From positions 43,634 through 107,633 of IMG/VR virus record IMGVR_UViG_2744054517_000003: a stretch of 64,000 nucleotides of DNA; one strand, given 5' to 3'. This DNA comes from a virus (Duplodnaviria > Caudoviricetes). Position 1 is the first letter of the stretch; each line of letters starts with the position of its first letter. Below the pieces are notes generated by a model. The model saw nothing but the letters and a program-made list of their open reading frames with translations. It did not search any database and was not told the origin of the DNA. The position numbers were made by a program, and so were the translations under genes. Shown here piece after piece: positions 35,855 to 45,846 of this stretch.

Positions 35855-37180
35855 TTATCTCACCCGCACTTCCAAGTAGATTTTTTCTGCTGCGTCTACT
35901 GGCTTAACTCCCGTGTTTACCAATACCGCGTCTTTATCTTCGCCGGCAGTTACTACGAAATCTGTTTGAGAGTTGAAGTCTTCAATTGCATTGATACTTT
36001 GCAATAACTCCATGTACGAAATACCTTCTTTTTTGAAGATATTCCGCCCGTCTACATTGTTATCAACCTTGCCGATGTAGGAATTCTCGAAAACCTTCTT
36101 AAGGTCATTACCGATGCTATCAAGTACACGGATAACACGATTCTTCGATCGTTCTTTCCCTTTCTTAGGAACATAACTACGGAACGTATTAATGTCCTGC
36201 TCCACAATGGCTCTGTCATTGCTAAAACTGAATACGAATTCGCCGTTTTGCAAAGCAGCGACTGTTTCGGAATTTGTCAGTCGTACATCAACATCGACTG
36301 CATCGTCGTATGCCGTATAGGTGAGAGATTGGTTCACCAGTGCCGCCGCAGTTGCAGCAGCAACCCATGCCACCACGTTAACTTTGTCGATCACCGTGCC
36401 GTCAGACAAAACCACGCCGTTCCTAGTGCTTATTACACCTTCGTAGTCAGCAGTAGGATAGTCAGAGAGAACAACTTGTACATAACGTCCCTCTGACTCT
36501 CTCAAGCGCTTCACAAAGGATACATAAACAGACTTGAGCGTCGGGTCAGTAGAAACAACACCGATAGTATTAAAACTTTGAGTTTCAACCGCTGTTAAGA
36601 AGTCATTGTGATCAGTGTTGGTTACAGTTCCGTTCGCTCCTCCCGTAAGCGGAGCGCCGGCCGTGGCTGCCAGTGTTTTATCTGTTGCGGCTGCTTTGAA
36701 AGATACCCAATCATTTGCAACAAGTCCGTCAATGTTCGTGACCTTCTGCGTTTCTACTTCCCGACCCTCAACTAATGTCCGAACATTGAAATTTGAAGGT
36801 GTGTCAATGTCAGCCTGAATCACAATGGAAATATCGTTGCCCCGTACGCCGCCATATTTAGCCGTGATGACTAAATTACCGCTGGTAACCGTAGCCTTTG
36901 TTCCTTCGTTGAGTTTGTACACAAGAAGTTTAGAAGCTCGTTTCAGCGCTTCTTTAACAAGCAGCAGACTTGGGTGAGTGATGTCATAGCCCAACACCTT
37001 GGACACATCATCGCCTGCATTAATGGTAATAATCTGCTTTGCCGCGCCCCACGGAAGCATCAGGGGCAAAGCTACCGTACCGCGCTCCCCAAGTGAGCTG
37101 AGTGATTTCGGGTCAGAAACAATATTAATGTATACGCCCGGTCTGACTTTATTTTGGGTAACCCATGTACCACCTGGCAT
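35855..37180 (-). CDS. xkdK: Tail sheath protein
   Basis: GGTWVTQNKVRPGVYIN, KNRVIRVLD. Confidence 0.92.
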   Translation of the reverse strand: MPGGTWVTQNKVRPGVYINIVSDPKSLSSLGERGTVALPLMLPWGAAKQIITINAGDDVSKVLGYDITHPSLLLVKEALKRASKLLVYKLNEGTKATVTSGNLVITAKYGGVRGNDISIVIQADIDTPSNFNVRTLVEGREVETQKVTNIDGLVANDWVSFKAAATDKTLAATAGAPLTGGANGTVTNTDHNDFLTAVETQSFNTIGVVSTDPTLKSVYVSFVKRLRESEGRYVQVVLSDYPTADYEGVISTRNGVVLSDGTVIDKVNVVAWVAAATAAALVNQSLTYTAYDDAVDVDVRLTNSETVAALQNGEFVFSFSNDRAIVEQDINTFRSYVPKKGKERSKNRVIRVLDSIGNDLKKVFENSYIGKVDNNVDGRNIFKKEGISYMELLQSINAIEDFNSQTDFVVTAGEDKDAVLVNTGVKPVDAAEKIYLEVRVR

Positions 37181-37422
37181 TATTTAGCCTCCTTTGCGTT
37201 AAAATCCGCCAGAAGGTTCTTAGCCTCACTGACTGTGTATGTTCGTTCTGACTGTAGCAAAGCGCTCAGGAAGTCCTTTTCGATGTTCGTAAATTGCTGT
37301 GAATCCTGGAATTGTTCTTTGGCAAAACGGGGTTCTACCGAAGCTGTGGACGTTGCTGCCTCTTTCTTCGTAGGCGCTGCCGCAGGCGTTGTCTCGGTTT
37401 CTGTTTCTTGGTTATCAGCCAC
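37180..37422 (-). CDS. Small hypothetical tail-region protein
   Basis: 80 aa, coupled to neighbours. Confidence 0.65.
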   Translation of the reverse strand: MADNQETETETTPAAAPTKKEAATSTASVEPRFAKEQFQDSQQFTNIEKDFLSALLQSERTYTVSEAKNLLADFNAKEAK

Positions 37423-37840
37423 GTATACCAGCCTCCTGTTTTAAAGTTCTCATTTTTGTTTCTGGTCCCTTTGGACGCATAAGATGAACATTGACGTCAA
37501 TAAAGAAATGCAACACATCATCAACAATCTGGTGTTTCATCCCTACCGCCCTGTACATGGTGCCTTCCCACTGGATGTACTCCAGTTCCTCGTACAGTTG
37601 GTCAGCAACCGTTTCACATTCACGACGCTTCTCCGGGTTATCAGGGTCCGGAAAATAATGAATATCATAGTTGTCCACCCTCATGTAGCGGCGACCAAAT
37701 TCCCGGTCTTGCGAACCGTTTATAAGCAGCACAAAAAAGCACGGCTCGTCGAAACCCTGCTCTATACGTTCGTCGTATGCTTTCACACCTGTTTGAAAGG
37801 ATGAAAGATACTTTCGTATTCCGTTTTTTACATCTTCCAT
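37415..37840 (-). CDS. Tail terminator-like protein
   Basis: QGFDEPCFF, DIHYFP, DDVLHF. Confidence 0.75.
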   Translation of the reverse strand: MEDVKNGIRKYLSSFQTGVKAYDERIEQGFDEPCFFVLLINGSQDREFGRRYMRVDNYDIHYFPDPDNPEKRRECETVADQLYEELEYIQWEGTMYRAVGMKHQIVDDVLHFFIDVNVHLMRPKGPETKMRTLKQEAGIRG

Positions 37841-37844
37841 TGCA

Positions 37845-38246
37845 TCACCTCAGGTGGTCTTCCATAAATCGTTTCAGCTTGCGGTCCATGAGCGCAGGCA
37901 ATTCACGCTCCAGTTCTCGTTCAGAGATGGTGAGCATGAACCTACCTTCCACCCAACCCGTGTGCAGCCGTGTACGGTGCCCATATTCCACATAAGGCGC
38001 ATATTCGATAGGGTTAAATAGTTCTATGCTGTAGCCACCGCCCACGCGCTCCACAGGGCCTAACTGCCAGTTACGTCGGAGCATTCCCGTATCTACAGGA
38101 GTCCTCGCCACCGTTTTAGCCAGGAGCCTACTAGCAAGCTCTCTTATGCAGTCCTCCACAAAGCGAGGATAGTCGGCTTGCATCTTTCGCAGGCTCTTGC
38201 CCAGTTGCTCAAACTCGCTAAAATCGAACTCAGCAAAGCCGCTCAT
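37845..38246 (-). CDS. HK97 gp10-like neck protein
   Basis: TPVDTGMLRRNW, YAPYVEYGHRT. Confidence 0.85.
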   Translation of the reverse strand: MSGFAEFDFSEFEQLGKSLRKMQADYPRFVEDCIRELASRLLAKTVARTPVDTGMLRRNWQLGPVERVGGGYSIELFNPIEYAPYVEYGHRTRLHTGWVEGRFMLTISERELERELPALMDRKLKRFMEDHLR

Positions 38247-38614
38247 GCTTTACCGACCCGCTTCATCTTGATTTCTTGATGCGTTGGGTAAATGAAAGGC
38301 TCGCCCGATTGCTGAAATTCATAGCTCATACCGTCCTGCGTGATAAAAATACGACTTCCGGACGGAATAACAATATCAGGCGTAATGAATAGCTTCCCAT
38401 CATATGCGACATCATTGTTCGTGTCCGTTTGTGCTGCGCTTGGCAAGGATGCTTGAGATAATGCACACGGCTGGTTGTCGAATATAACGCCCTTTGTGGG
38501 TCGTTCTACGCCTGTTACGGGGTCTTTGCGGGTTGTCTGTCCTTCTACCCGACAAACGCCCGTATAGGTTATTTCAAGCAACCTGCGTTCTGTTATTGGA
38601 TTGCCCAGTTGCAT
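38243..38614 (-). CDS. Head closure-like protein
   Basis: PCALS...YPTHQEI; position. Confidence 0.7.
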   Translation of the reverse strand: MQLGNPITERRLLEITYTGVCRVEGQTTRKDPVTGVERPTKGVIFDNQPCALSQASLPSAAQTDTNNDVAYDGKLFITPDIVIPSGSRIFITQDGMSYEFQQSGEPFIYPTHQEIKMKRVGKA

Positions 38615-38615
38615 G

Positions 38616-38999
38616 CTACCACCTCAATCTACGGAATGCATTAAGCTGTGCGCCATATGCCTTAATAAAGGCGGTACCCTCAACGCCCAGCTTAGCATCC
38701 GCAAAGAATGTGAATTGCACGTCACCGCGCTTGATGCTCTGGACGTTCTTTTCACCTTCACCAGCTGCAGCCGGAGCTACAAACTGGTTGAGGTAATAGT
38801 CCTTTGCAATCAGCAGCATCGTATTTTCTAGTTGCTCCGGTATGTCGGATATATTGCAGTAGTTTTTGATGCCATCAATCGTAAAGTTGAGGGCAAAAGA
38901 CAACTGCACATCCTTATCTGTTTCGGTGACTGGCAGGCCCAGTAGAACCTTAAGCTTAGTCAGCAATGCTTCAAGACGCTTCGGGTCCATATTACTCAC
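38616..38999 (-). CDS. Head-tail connector
   Basis: IKNYCNISDIPEQL, SIKRGD. Confidence 0.8.
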   Translation of the reverse strand: MSNMDPKRLEALLTKLKVLLGLPVTETDKDVQLSFALNFTIDGIKNYCNISDIPEQLENTMLLIAKDYYLNQFVAPAAAGEGEKNVQSIKRGDVQFTFFADAKLGVEGTAFIKAYGAQLNAFRRLRW

Positions 39000-39003
39000 C
39001 AGC

Positions 39004-39198
39004 CTATTCAGTTTTATTTGCGGTGTCCGCTTCGGCTTTATTTGTGCTGTCCGCTTTCTTTGCTGGTGTTACTTCTTCAAGCACGCCTTTTTCAACTAGT
39101 TTGGCTCCATACTTATCATCAAGATCGATTTCGCCAGAATTCACAATAACCCCGGCTTGGATCACCGGGGATAGTACCTTATACTTTTGTTTTGCCAT
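39004..39198 (-). CDS. Small hypothetical protein
   Basis: 64 aa after capsid gene. Confidence 0.65.
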   Translation of the reverse strand: MAKQKYKVLSPVIQAGVIVNSGEIDLDDKYGAKLVEKGVLEEVTPAKKADSTNKAEADTANKTE

Positions 39199-39215
39199 GA
39201 TCTAAGTTCCTCCTA

Positions 39216-40205
39216 TTAAACCGACAAGCGGTAGATTTGGGATGGTTTTTGTACAGCTACAAAAGCAGATTCACCAACGTATACCTCTTCGGATGGCGGT
39301 GGGCCTTCTTTAACGATAGGCAGTACATAGATTCCTGGTTCAAAGTTCTTTTCAATTGTTGGTCCTTGCACCGTGATGATAGGTTGTTCACCCAGTAATG
39401 CAACTGTACGAGCTTCGAGCAACCGCGCAGGCGCCGCCCCTTCCAAAGAAACCACATCGTCATTCACTCGAATCGTAATTGGAGCGTCAGCGATTTGTGT
39501 GATGAGGCCTTCTACTTGCTCCCGGGTAGGCAACATAGCGCTGTTAACACCGAACAACGCGCCTCTTGTCTGAGCGTTAAGAGTCAGATCAAGCATAACG
39601 TCACCCGAAATGTCGATATAGCGCGGCGCTTGGCCTGCGTTAGCGTCTTTGTACGCCTTAATAGCAACTCGTAAATCATCCAGCGGCGTAGAAGCAGCAC
39701 GATCCGACCATAGAACTGTCGGCGTTACCTTAGCCGTCAGGCCAAAGTTTACATTAATCTGCACATCATTTTTGTTATACACGATAACCCCGTTGTAAAC
39801 AGCCTGCGCTCTCAACCATTCCTCAGTATCGTTCACACCTTCGATCAAGCGATCTGTTTGGTCGTAGATACGTTGGATTGCTCTTTGACGTTCATTTTCA
39901 ACACGCGGATTAGTAAACTTGAGTTGTTCACGCTCGTCCAAGCGGAAGCCGTGTTGAATCTTAGCAACCTCTTGGGTGAGTGTTTTTAACCCTTGTTTGT
40001 CTCGTAGCGGAGCACCTGAGTTCCATCCAGTAATGGAGGCGCTTGGTGCATAGGTTTGTGTAAATACGTCGTAGTCAAACGTCAAATCGTAGCTCGTATC
40101 AGTAGCACTGATTGCTTTAAGAAGATACTGTTTTGGTATAAGCCGGTTCTCAACATACCCCATGAATTCTGGCTGTTTAAATTGATCTAATGAAAGAATA
40201 CCCAT
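39216..40205 (-). CDS. Major capsid protein (lambda E-like)
   Basis: EEWLRAQAV, W...ASTPLDDL; position. Confidence 0.85.
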   Translation of the reverse strand: MGILSLDQFKQPEFMGYVENRLIPKQYLLKAISATDTSYDLTFDYDVFTQTYAPSASITGWNSGAPLRDKQGLKTLTQEVAKIQHGFRLDEREQLKFTNPRVENERQRAIQRIYDQTDRLIEGVNDTEEWLRAQAVYNGVIVYNKNDVQINVNFGLTAKVTPTVLWSDRAASTPLDDLRVAIKAYKDANAGQAPRYIDISGDVMLDLTLNAQTRGALFGVNSAMLPTREQVEGLITQIADAPITIRVNDDVVSLEGAAPARLLEARTVALLGEQPIITVQGPTIEKNFEPGIYVLPIVKEGPPPSEEVYVGESAFVAVQKPSQIYRLSV

Positions 40206-40234
40206 TTATATATTCCCCTTCCCTTATCCCTTTT

Positions 40235-40591
40235 TTAGTAGTAACGGTAACGTCCGCCTGCCGCTGTTTTAAATGCTGCTGTAACTCCTGTAAGTTTGCT
40301 TTCCACAACCAAGGCTTCTGCCCATGCACCAACGATAACGTTCTGCGTGGTTGCATCGCCTGTAAATACGTCATGGCTCGTCAGGTACACCTTGCCTGTG
40401 TCTGCGTCCGCAAATGGTTTAGCCAGCCCGTTAGCTTGAATGCTCACCGCCGTACCAGCCGGTACAAGTGTATTTACAGCAAACTTAGTGCCATCCAATG
40501 TAACCCCACCGATCTTTTCAATGGAGCCCTTCACTGTATAAAGGATTTCCTTCTGTGATCCATACTCTTTAACACGTGGATTCAAATTCAT
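40235..40591 (-). CDS. Head decoration protein
   Basis: VPAGT motif; between scaffold and capsid. Confidence 0.7.
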   Translation of the reverse strand: MNLNPRVKEYGSQKEILYTVKGSIEKIGGVTLDGTKFAVNTLVPAGTAVSIQANGLAKPFADADTGKVYLTSHDVFTGDATTQNVIVGAWAEALVVESKLTGVTAAFKTAAGGRYRYY

Positions 40592-41196
40592 TATTTTTCA
40601 CTCCCATTTCTTTGCTCGGCAATAGACTTGCCTGCGTCATAACCCTTCAATGGTGCTGGTGGGTTGCCTGCGCCCGCACCTTCTGCTGGTTTAGCACCTT
40701 TGAAAGTCGGTTGCGTATTGCCTTCCTCTTTTTGCACAAACAAAAAGCCCTTGCTTTCGCGTAGGCCAGTGAGTTGGTCGTCTAAGCCACCTTTTACAGC
40801 GCCGTTGTCGTCCAGTTCGATTATTGTTTTGTCCAGCAGTCCAGCCACAATATCAGGATCGTGCGCCTGACCGCTTAGAGCCATCTTAAGCGCAGTGTTC
40901 ATTCGCAGTTCCTTCATATCAGCTTCGTACTTGTCGGTAGCCGCTTTATTGTCCGCCTGAAGCTTTGTAATCTGATCCTGTAGCGCTGGCACATCCCCTG
41001 CCGCCTTCTGCAAATCGGTCAGTTGCTTATCACGTTCCTTCAAATCACCTTCAAGCTGCTTTTTAGCATCATTTATTTCATCAAATCGATGCTTAGGCAC
41101 ATATCCGGTGTACTTTTCCTCAACCCCCTTTGTGATAGCATCAATTTTGTCCGCTGGTACGCCTTGACCCTCCAGCAATACTCTTAACCATTCCAT
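40591..41196 (-). CDS. Scaffolding protein (gp20-like)
   Basis: YVPKHRFDEIN, GLDDQL...FLF. Confidence 0.85.
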   Translation of the reverse strand: MEWLRVLLEGQGVPADKIDAITKGVEEKYTGYVPKHRFDEINDAKKQLEGDLKERDKQLTDLQKAAGDVPALQDQITKLQADNKAATDKYEADMKELRMNTALKMALSGQAHDPDIVAGLLDKTIIELDDNGAVKGGLDDQLTGLRESKGFLFVQKEEGNTQPTFKGAKPAEGAGAGNPPAPLKGYDAGKSIAEQRNGSEK

Positions 41197-41325
41197 ATAT
41201 ACCGCTCCTTCATCTTCGTTTTTTAACCTGGTCTCGACCAGTGATGTCTTGTGTTTTGCGCCCACAATACCAAACGGCGATAGGCAAAATAAAAAGCCTG
41301 CTGCATCTAAATGTGCAATCAGGCT

Positions 41326-41478
41326 TTAATCCTTACTATTTTGTTTTTCAAATGGTTCTTTGACTTGCCTTAGCATGTCAGCAGCTATTTCTTTAGGCGA
41401 TTTAGTAAAATCCAGCTTCAGCGGCGTATCATCGATTAAACCGATAGTCCGCTTTGGCTGCTTGGAAGTCTTCGACAT
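41326..41478 (-). CDS. Small ORF overlapping MuF 3' end (50 aa)
   Basis: MSKTSKQPKRTIGLIDDTPLKLDF...; followed by terminator. Confidence 0.4.
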   Translation of the reverse strand: MSKTSKQPKRTIGLIDDTPLKLDFTKSPKEIAADMLRQVKEPFEKQNSKD

Positions 41479-43126
41479 ACGTCCACCCCAGTTCTTTAAT
41501 GATTAGTCGCAACCACAGATAATCCATATACTCATTCTTGGCTGTTTCTGACATTGTAGCATAGTTCTCGCTGCTTTGTAACTGCTCAAGAGCAGTCATA
41601 GCAGTGGATTCCAGCACATTGTTAAACACAAGCAGATCCGATGATTTACCATTGGATGATACTCCGCTTACTCCGCCATCATGCCCAACTGCTAGCAGGC
41701 TAGATATAGCCGGATAAATCGCCATGTTGCGTATATCTTTAACGTTTACCCTTGTCCCTCTCGGGTGGTTGTGAGTCAGGATCACGCTATTCGGTGGCGC
41801 TTTGATAAGTGATTCATGTATCTCAGGTGTGAATGTAACTTTGTTTATGATGCCATCAGCTCTGCCGATTTTCTTGCCTGCGGTCTGATCCATAATGACC
41901 ATGATTTCTTTGCCTGCCTTGTGACCTTCCCGGGCAAGACTGCGGTTAACGTCAGCCAACTTTTCCAATACCGGTTCAGACACATTAGGTAGATCAACAT
42001 GGTAAGAAGCTTTAGGATTGTACTTCCGATTAAAACTTCCCCCAGGTTCTTCAACCTCAGGATCTGGCACGTTGCTTTCTGTGGGTTCACTCGGTGCGTT
42101 CGGCTTAACATATTCCTTTTCCCATTGCTCATAGGTAATGTCACCGGGTACCGCTTGGTTCTTTCCATCTTCATCCCGAGCTATTCGCTCCTGAACATTG
42201 TCCTCGTAATGAGGAATCGTAGTGGACCGACAATAAGCATGTAGCGGCGGGTAAGTAACTCCTACCTCAGCCTCGGACAATGCAAATACCTCTCCATCCA
42301 TGTGCCGACAAATACTTGATGTGCGCTTATCCAGCGTAGCCGTAAACTTGTATTGCTCTACGCCTAACTCTTTGTATGCATCCATACGGGATTGACCAGC
42401 AAAATAAGCTGATTCCGTTTGAATGATTCGTGCTGCAGCTGATCGTGAAACGCCCATACGGTCAGATAAGGCATTAATCATCTTATCCGGTGTATCTCCG
42501 CGTATCATGCCCTGAGTGAGCACCGTTTGAAGCTCATGGACCAACTTGTCGCGGTCTTTCCAGATCCGTGCAGAGAAGTTTGATCCATCCGCCGCCCACG
42601 GTTTACTTAAAACTGCTTCAATCTGTCGCTTGTCCAACTTAGAGAAAGTGGCGCCCAACCCTGTACCCTTGTGTAGTTCAAATACAGAATGATAGTATCC
42701 ATCCTTGTATATGTCGCCCATAAGCTTTTTAGCGCCTGCCTGACGCTTTCCGGTTAGGACTTCGACATGTTGGCGCATCTGCATCTGTAGAGCCTCTAAG
42801 CGAGTCATACGCACTCTTATGGATGCATTCTCAAGTTCTTTCATCCACCGCTGATCAACGGCGTTTTCTCGCCCTGCCTTGATGTAATCTTCAACAGTCC
42901 ACTTAAACTCTTTGAGCTCCCCAGCTTTGAGCACTTGCCGCGCTTCTGCTAGACTGATCTCGTTATTCTTAGCGAAACGTTGGTAGAACACGTCAATATC
43001 CTTTTGGATGGATGCGTTAGCCTTTGCATACTCCAGTTGCATCTTCTTAACGTAGGCATCACCCTTACCTAGCTGCGCCTCATTGAGGGCATCCATACGA
43101 CCTGACCAGTATTCCTCGGACCTCAT
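41429..43126 (-). CDS. Minor capsid protein (SPP1 gp7/MuF) with JAB-like C-terminal extension
   Basis: ATLDKRTSSIC, PPLHAYCRS; C-terminal E...THNHP...D. Confidence 0.85.
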   Translation of the reverse strand: MRSEEYWSGRMDALNEAQLGKGDAYVKKMQLEYAKANASIQKDIDVFYQRFAKNNEISLAEARQVLKAGELKEFKWTVEDYIKAGRENAVDQRWMKELENASIRVRMTRLEALQMQMRQHVEVLTGKRQAGAKKLMGDIYKDGYYHSVFELHKGTGLGATFSKLDKRQIEAVLSKPWAADGSNFSARIWKDRDKLVHELQTVLTQGMIRGDTPDKMINALSDRMGVSRSAAARIIQTESAYFAGQSRMDAYKELGVEQYKFTATLDKRTSSICRHMDGEVFALSEAEVGVTYPPLHAYCRSTTIPHYEDNVQERIARDEDGKNQAVPGDITYEQWEKEYVKPNAPSEPTESNVPDPEVEEPGGSFNRKYNPKASYHVDLPNVSEPVLEKLADVNRSLAREGHKAGKEIMVIMDQTAGKKIGRADGIINKVTFTPEIHESLIKAPPNSVILTHNHPRGTRVNVKDIRNMAIYPAISSLLAVGHDGGVSGVSSNGKSSDLLVFNNVLESTAMTALEQLQSSENYATMSETAKNEYMDYLWLRLIIKELGWTYVEDFQAAKADYRFNR

Positions 43127-44595
43127 GACTGTTCATCCTGTTTCGGGTCTGTTTCAGGGGGATTACCACCTGTGCCGCCGTATGGTTGGTCTGGACTATT
43201 ACCAATCGGCTCGGATTCTTCCTCTTTTTTTCTTTCCATTTCTTCCTGCGTGTTGGTGGTCCAAGGATGATTGGCAACAATCGTTTCCATAGATTCAATC
43301 CCCACACTGTTTTTAGCATTTGTTATCGCTTCTGTTTCGTTAATAAGGACATCTCGGTTAAATATGAAATCTACTTCATATTTTGAATAGTCATTGCCTG
43401 TCGTGTTGGCAAGATGCTGGTCTACAAACCACAAAAGCTGTTCCATAGAAGCTTGAAACTCCGTCTCTATGGTGTTTGCATCCATATCAAGGTCATTATA
43501 GGCGAACTTGATGGCTTGTCCTGATTTGTCCCCTTTAAAGTCTTCCGATTGAGTATCCATACCACGGCCAAACTCATATATCGCCTTTCGCAGCATAGTT
43601 ATGTGATTAACAAACGCTTCTGTATCAATGTCAAGACTGAGCGTATCTACACCGCCCGGATCCCTTACCTTTATCACACGTAACTGAGACATATTCCGGC
43701 GCATTTCTCCCACATCTGTGCCGTCATAATTCTTAATAACGTAGATACTGTTTGGCAGGTCTTCGAGGTTATTGGCGTTCTCGCTCATGCGTTTGTCGTA
43801 ATCGTCCACCAGTGTTTTTAGGATCTCAACCAGCGGCATTTCCTCATCGTTATACTTAAATGGGACGAAGGGCACGCGCTCCCAGTTCAATTTCTCCTGA
43901 CCGCTCTTCGTTTGCGCCGTGAAGTGCTCTTTTAATTCCTCGTAAAGCATAAGATCGGGGCTAATTGTAGTATCCTGTACCCACTTCATCACACCGTCAG
44001 TATCCCATAGTTCTACAATATGGACAGTCTTTTTCGTCTTGGCTTCATAGACTTCCATCGGATAGAATCGAATCATCTTGTCTAGCTCCGTATGGGCACC
44101 ATCTTTCCACAGCGGTACACATTGTTCTGACGGAATCACCTTAAAGCCCAACTCACCTTTTTCGGAATAGTAGACTTGCAGCCAGCCGATACCTTTATTA
44201 ATAGCGTTTTTCCCAAGATTCTTGAGTTGTCGCAAGAATGGTTTGCCAAAGAAACTATCTAGTTGTTCTTTGTATTCGTCCGGGCCATCTGTTTGCATGC
44301 TGATAGGCTTAGATAATAAATAACCAGTCTTTTGGTCAACCAGCTTACGAACGAATCCATGGACCAATTTGTTGTTAGCTAGATTTTTAACCTCGATCTG
44401 CGCGCCGCCCTCTCCAATGATATACCGCTTGTGTTTAAGAATCTCTGTCTGATTACGGTAGTAAGCTTCCCCGGTCAGCATCCATTCATAACGTTTGGAC
44501 CGCTTGAAGTCGTTAACCTCTTGCTGCGCTATCTCCCGATTAGTCATAGGAGCATTCTTATCGAGGTTGTACATTATTTCTTCTGCTAATGTCAT
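43123..44595 (-). CDS. Portal protein (SPP1-like)
   Basis: LVDQKTGYL, VPFVPFKYN, SGQAIKF. Confidence 0.92.
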   Translation of the reverse strand: MTLAEEIMYNLDKNAPMTNREIAQQEVNDFKRSKRYEWMLTGEAYYRNQTEILKHKRYIIGEGGAQIEVKNLANNKLVHGFVRKLVDQKTGYLLSKPISMQTDGPDEYKEQLDSFFGKPFLRQLKNLGKNAINKGIGWLQVYYSEKGELGFKVIPSEQCVPLWKDGAHTELDKMIRFYPMEVYEAKTKKTVHIVELWDTDGVMKWVQDTTISPDLMLYEELKEHFTAQTKSGQEKLNWERVPFVPFKYNDEEMPLVEILKTLVDDYDKRMSENANNLEDLPNSIYVIKNYDGTDVGEMRRNMSQLRVIKVRDPGGVDTLSLDIDTEAFVNHITMLRKAIYEFGRGMDTQSEDFKGDKSGQAIKFAYNDLDMDANTIETEFQASMEQLLWFVDQHLANTTGNDYSKYEVDFIFNRDVLINETEAITNAKNSVGIESMETIVANHPWTTNTQEEMERKKEEESEPIGNSPDQPYGGTGGNPPETDPKQDEQS

Positions 44596-44610
44596 AGTGT
44601 CCTCCTTCCT

Positions 44611-45846
44611 CTAAAACTCAAATGTAGGACCTTTACGCATTCCCTCTACGGCATAACGAAGAGCAGCCATTGCGTCGTCAAAAAAGTTGATCGGTTCATC
44701 TGTATAGGTGTTTGTCTTAGGATCATGTTTCCACTTCCACTGCTGCATTTCCTTAATCGTGTTCGAGCAGCTTGGATGGATGTGTATCTTATGTTTTTTG
44801 AGCCAGTCAATTTGAGCGTTTACGCTACCTGGTTCCTTAACTACGGCACTAGCCTTGTACCCCGCATTACGCCATGTCTTGATGCGGTCAGGCTCAGCAG
44901 AATCGCAATACATTGGTATCCGCTTATCCAACTTCCCGTCAGCTAAGGCTATGATTTCGCCCGTATCTTTCTCATGTACATATATTTCGTTGCAAATAAA
45001 AATCTCACCATCTTTGAATCCGACAGTGAGAATCGCGTTCGCATGATTGAAACCAAAGTCCTGCCCGAATGTCATGCTATCGAACATGGCGAACGATGTA
45101 TCAAAATCATGCACTGTATAGTTAGACAAGATTGTTCCCCCTAATTCACCCCATTCACCAAGACCATATATTTTATAACCGTCTGGGTCCCGTTCTTTAC
45201 GGAGCATCATACGGCGGTGGTAAGCATCATCGATGAAACGGTTCATCAGGTACGTGCTATGATTCGTTATGATATCCTCATGCTCAGTGTCAAAGTATTT
45301 TCCCTTGATCCAGTGAGTGGCGGAAACCGGGTTAAATGTGAAAGTCATCTGATAATACAGATTCGGGTTATCCAATATCCCCCGAAGCCGGTCATCAAGT
45401 ATATCAATGTCTGATTCTTGGAGCTCCGTGGCTTCCTCTACCCATATCCACGTCAGCTTACCATGAGCAAAGTTGATTGATTTGAGCTTTTCCCGGTCCC
45501 GCGCATCGTTCACGCCACGGAAAATAACCTCATTCCCGGTTGATTTATGCTTTATACTCAAACGCGATTGCGGCATATCCCAATAATCATCCACTTGGTC
45601 GCCATAGATGCGATTAATTGCAGCCTGTAATTCGGCGTATGTGCTGTTTCGGTTAGTATCATTAACCTTACGGATACAAAGAAGGTTAGCGCCCTTATAT
45701 CGCGAATCTGACAGTTTGATAACGAAGTCTTGAGCCACGTTTACGGACTTGCCAGAACCAGCAGAGCCTTTGAATACTCTGTAACGCTTTTGAGTGAAGT
45801 TCATTTCCTTGAAATTCGGATTGAACGATACGGTTACGGCAGTCAT
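44611..45846 (-). CDS. terL: Terminase large subunit (PBSX-like)
   Basis: GSAGSGKS, WVEEA, DFGF, DSAEP, DDAMAALRY. Confidence 0.95.
   Translation of the reverse strand: MTAVTVSFNPNFKEMNFTQKRYRVFKGSAGSGKSVNVAQDFVIKLSDSRYKGANLLCIRKVNDTNRNSTYAELQAAINRIYGDQVDDYWDMPQSRLSIKHKSTGNEVIFRGVNDARDREKLKSINFAHGKLTWIWVEEATELQESDIDILDDRLRGILDNPNLYYQMTFTFNPVSATHWIKGKYFDTEHEDIITNHSTYLMNRFIDDAYHRRMMLRKERDPDGYKIYGLGEWGELGGTILSNYTVHDFDTSFAMFDSMTFGQDFGFNHANAILTVGFKDGEIFICNEIYVHEKDTGEIIALADGKLDKRIPMYCDSAEPDRIKTWRNAGYKASAVVKEPGSVNAQIDWLKKHKIHIHPSCSNTIKEMQQWKWKHDPKTNTYTDEPINFFDDAMAALRYAVEGMRKGPTFEF

Noticed and set aside
25249-37180. PBSX-like defective tailocin
   Set aside because: Full head, packaging, replication and integration modules are present
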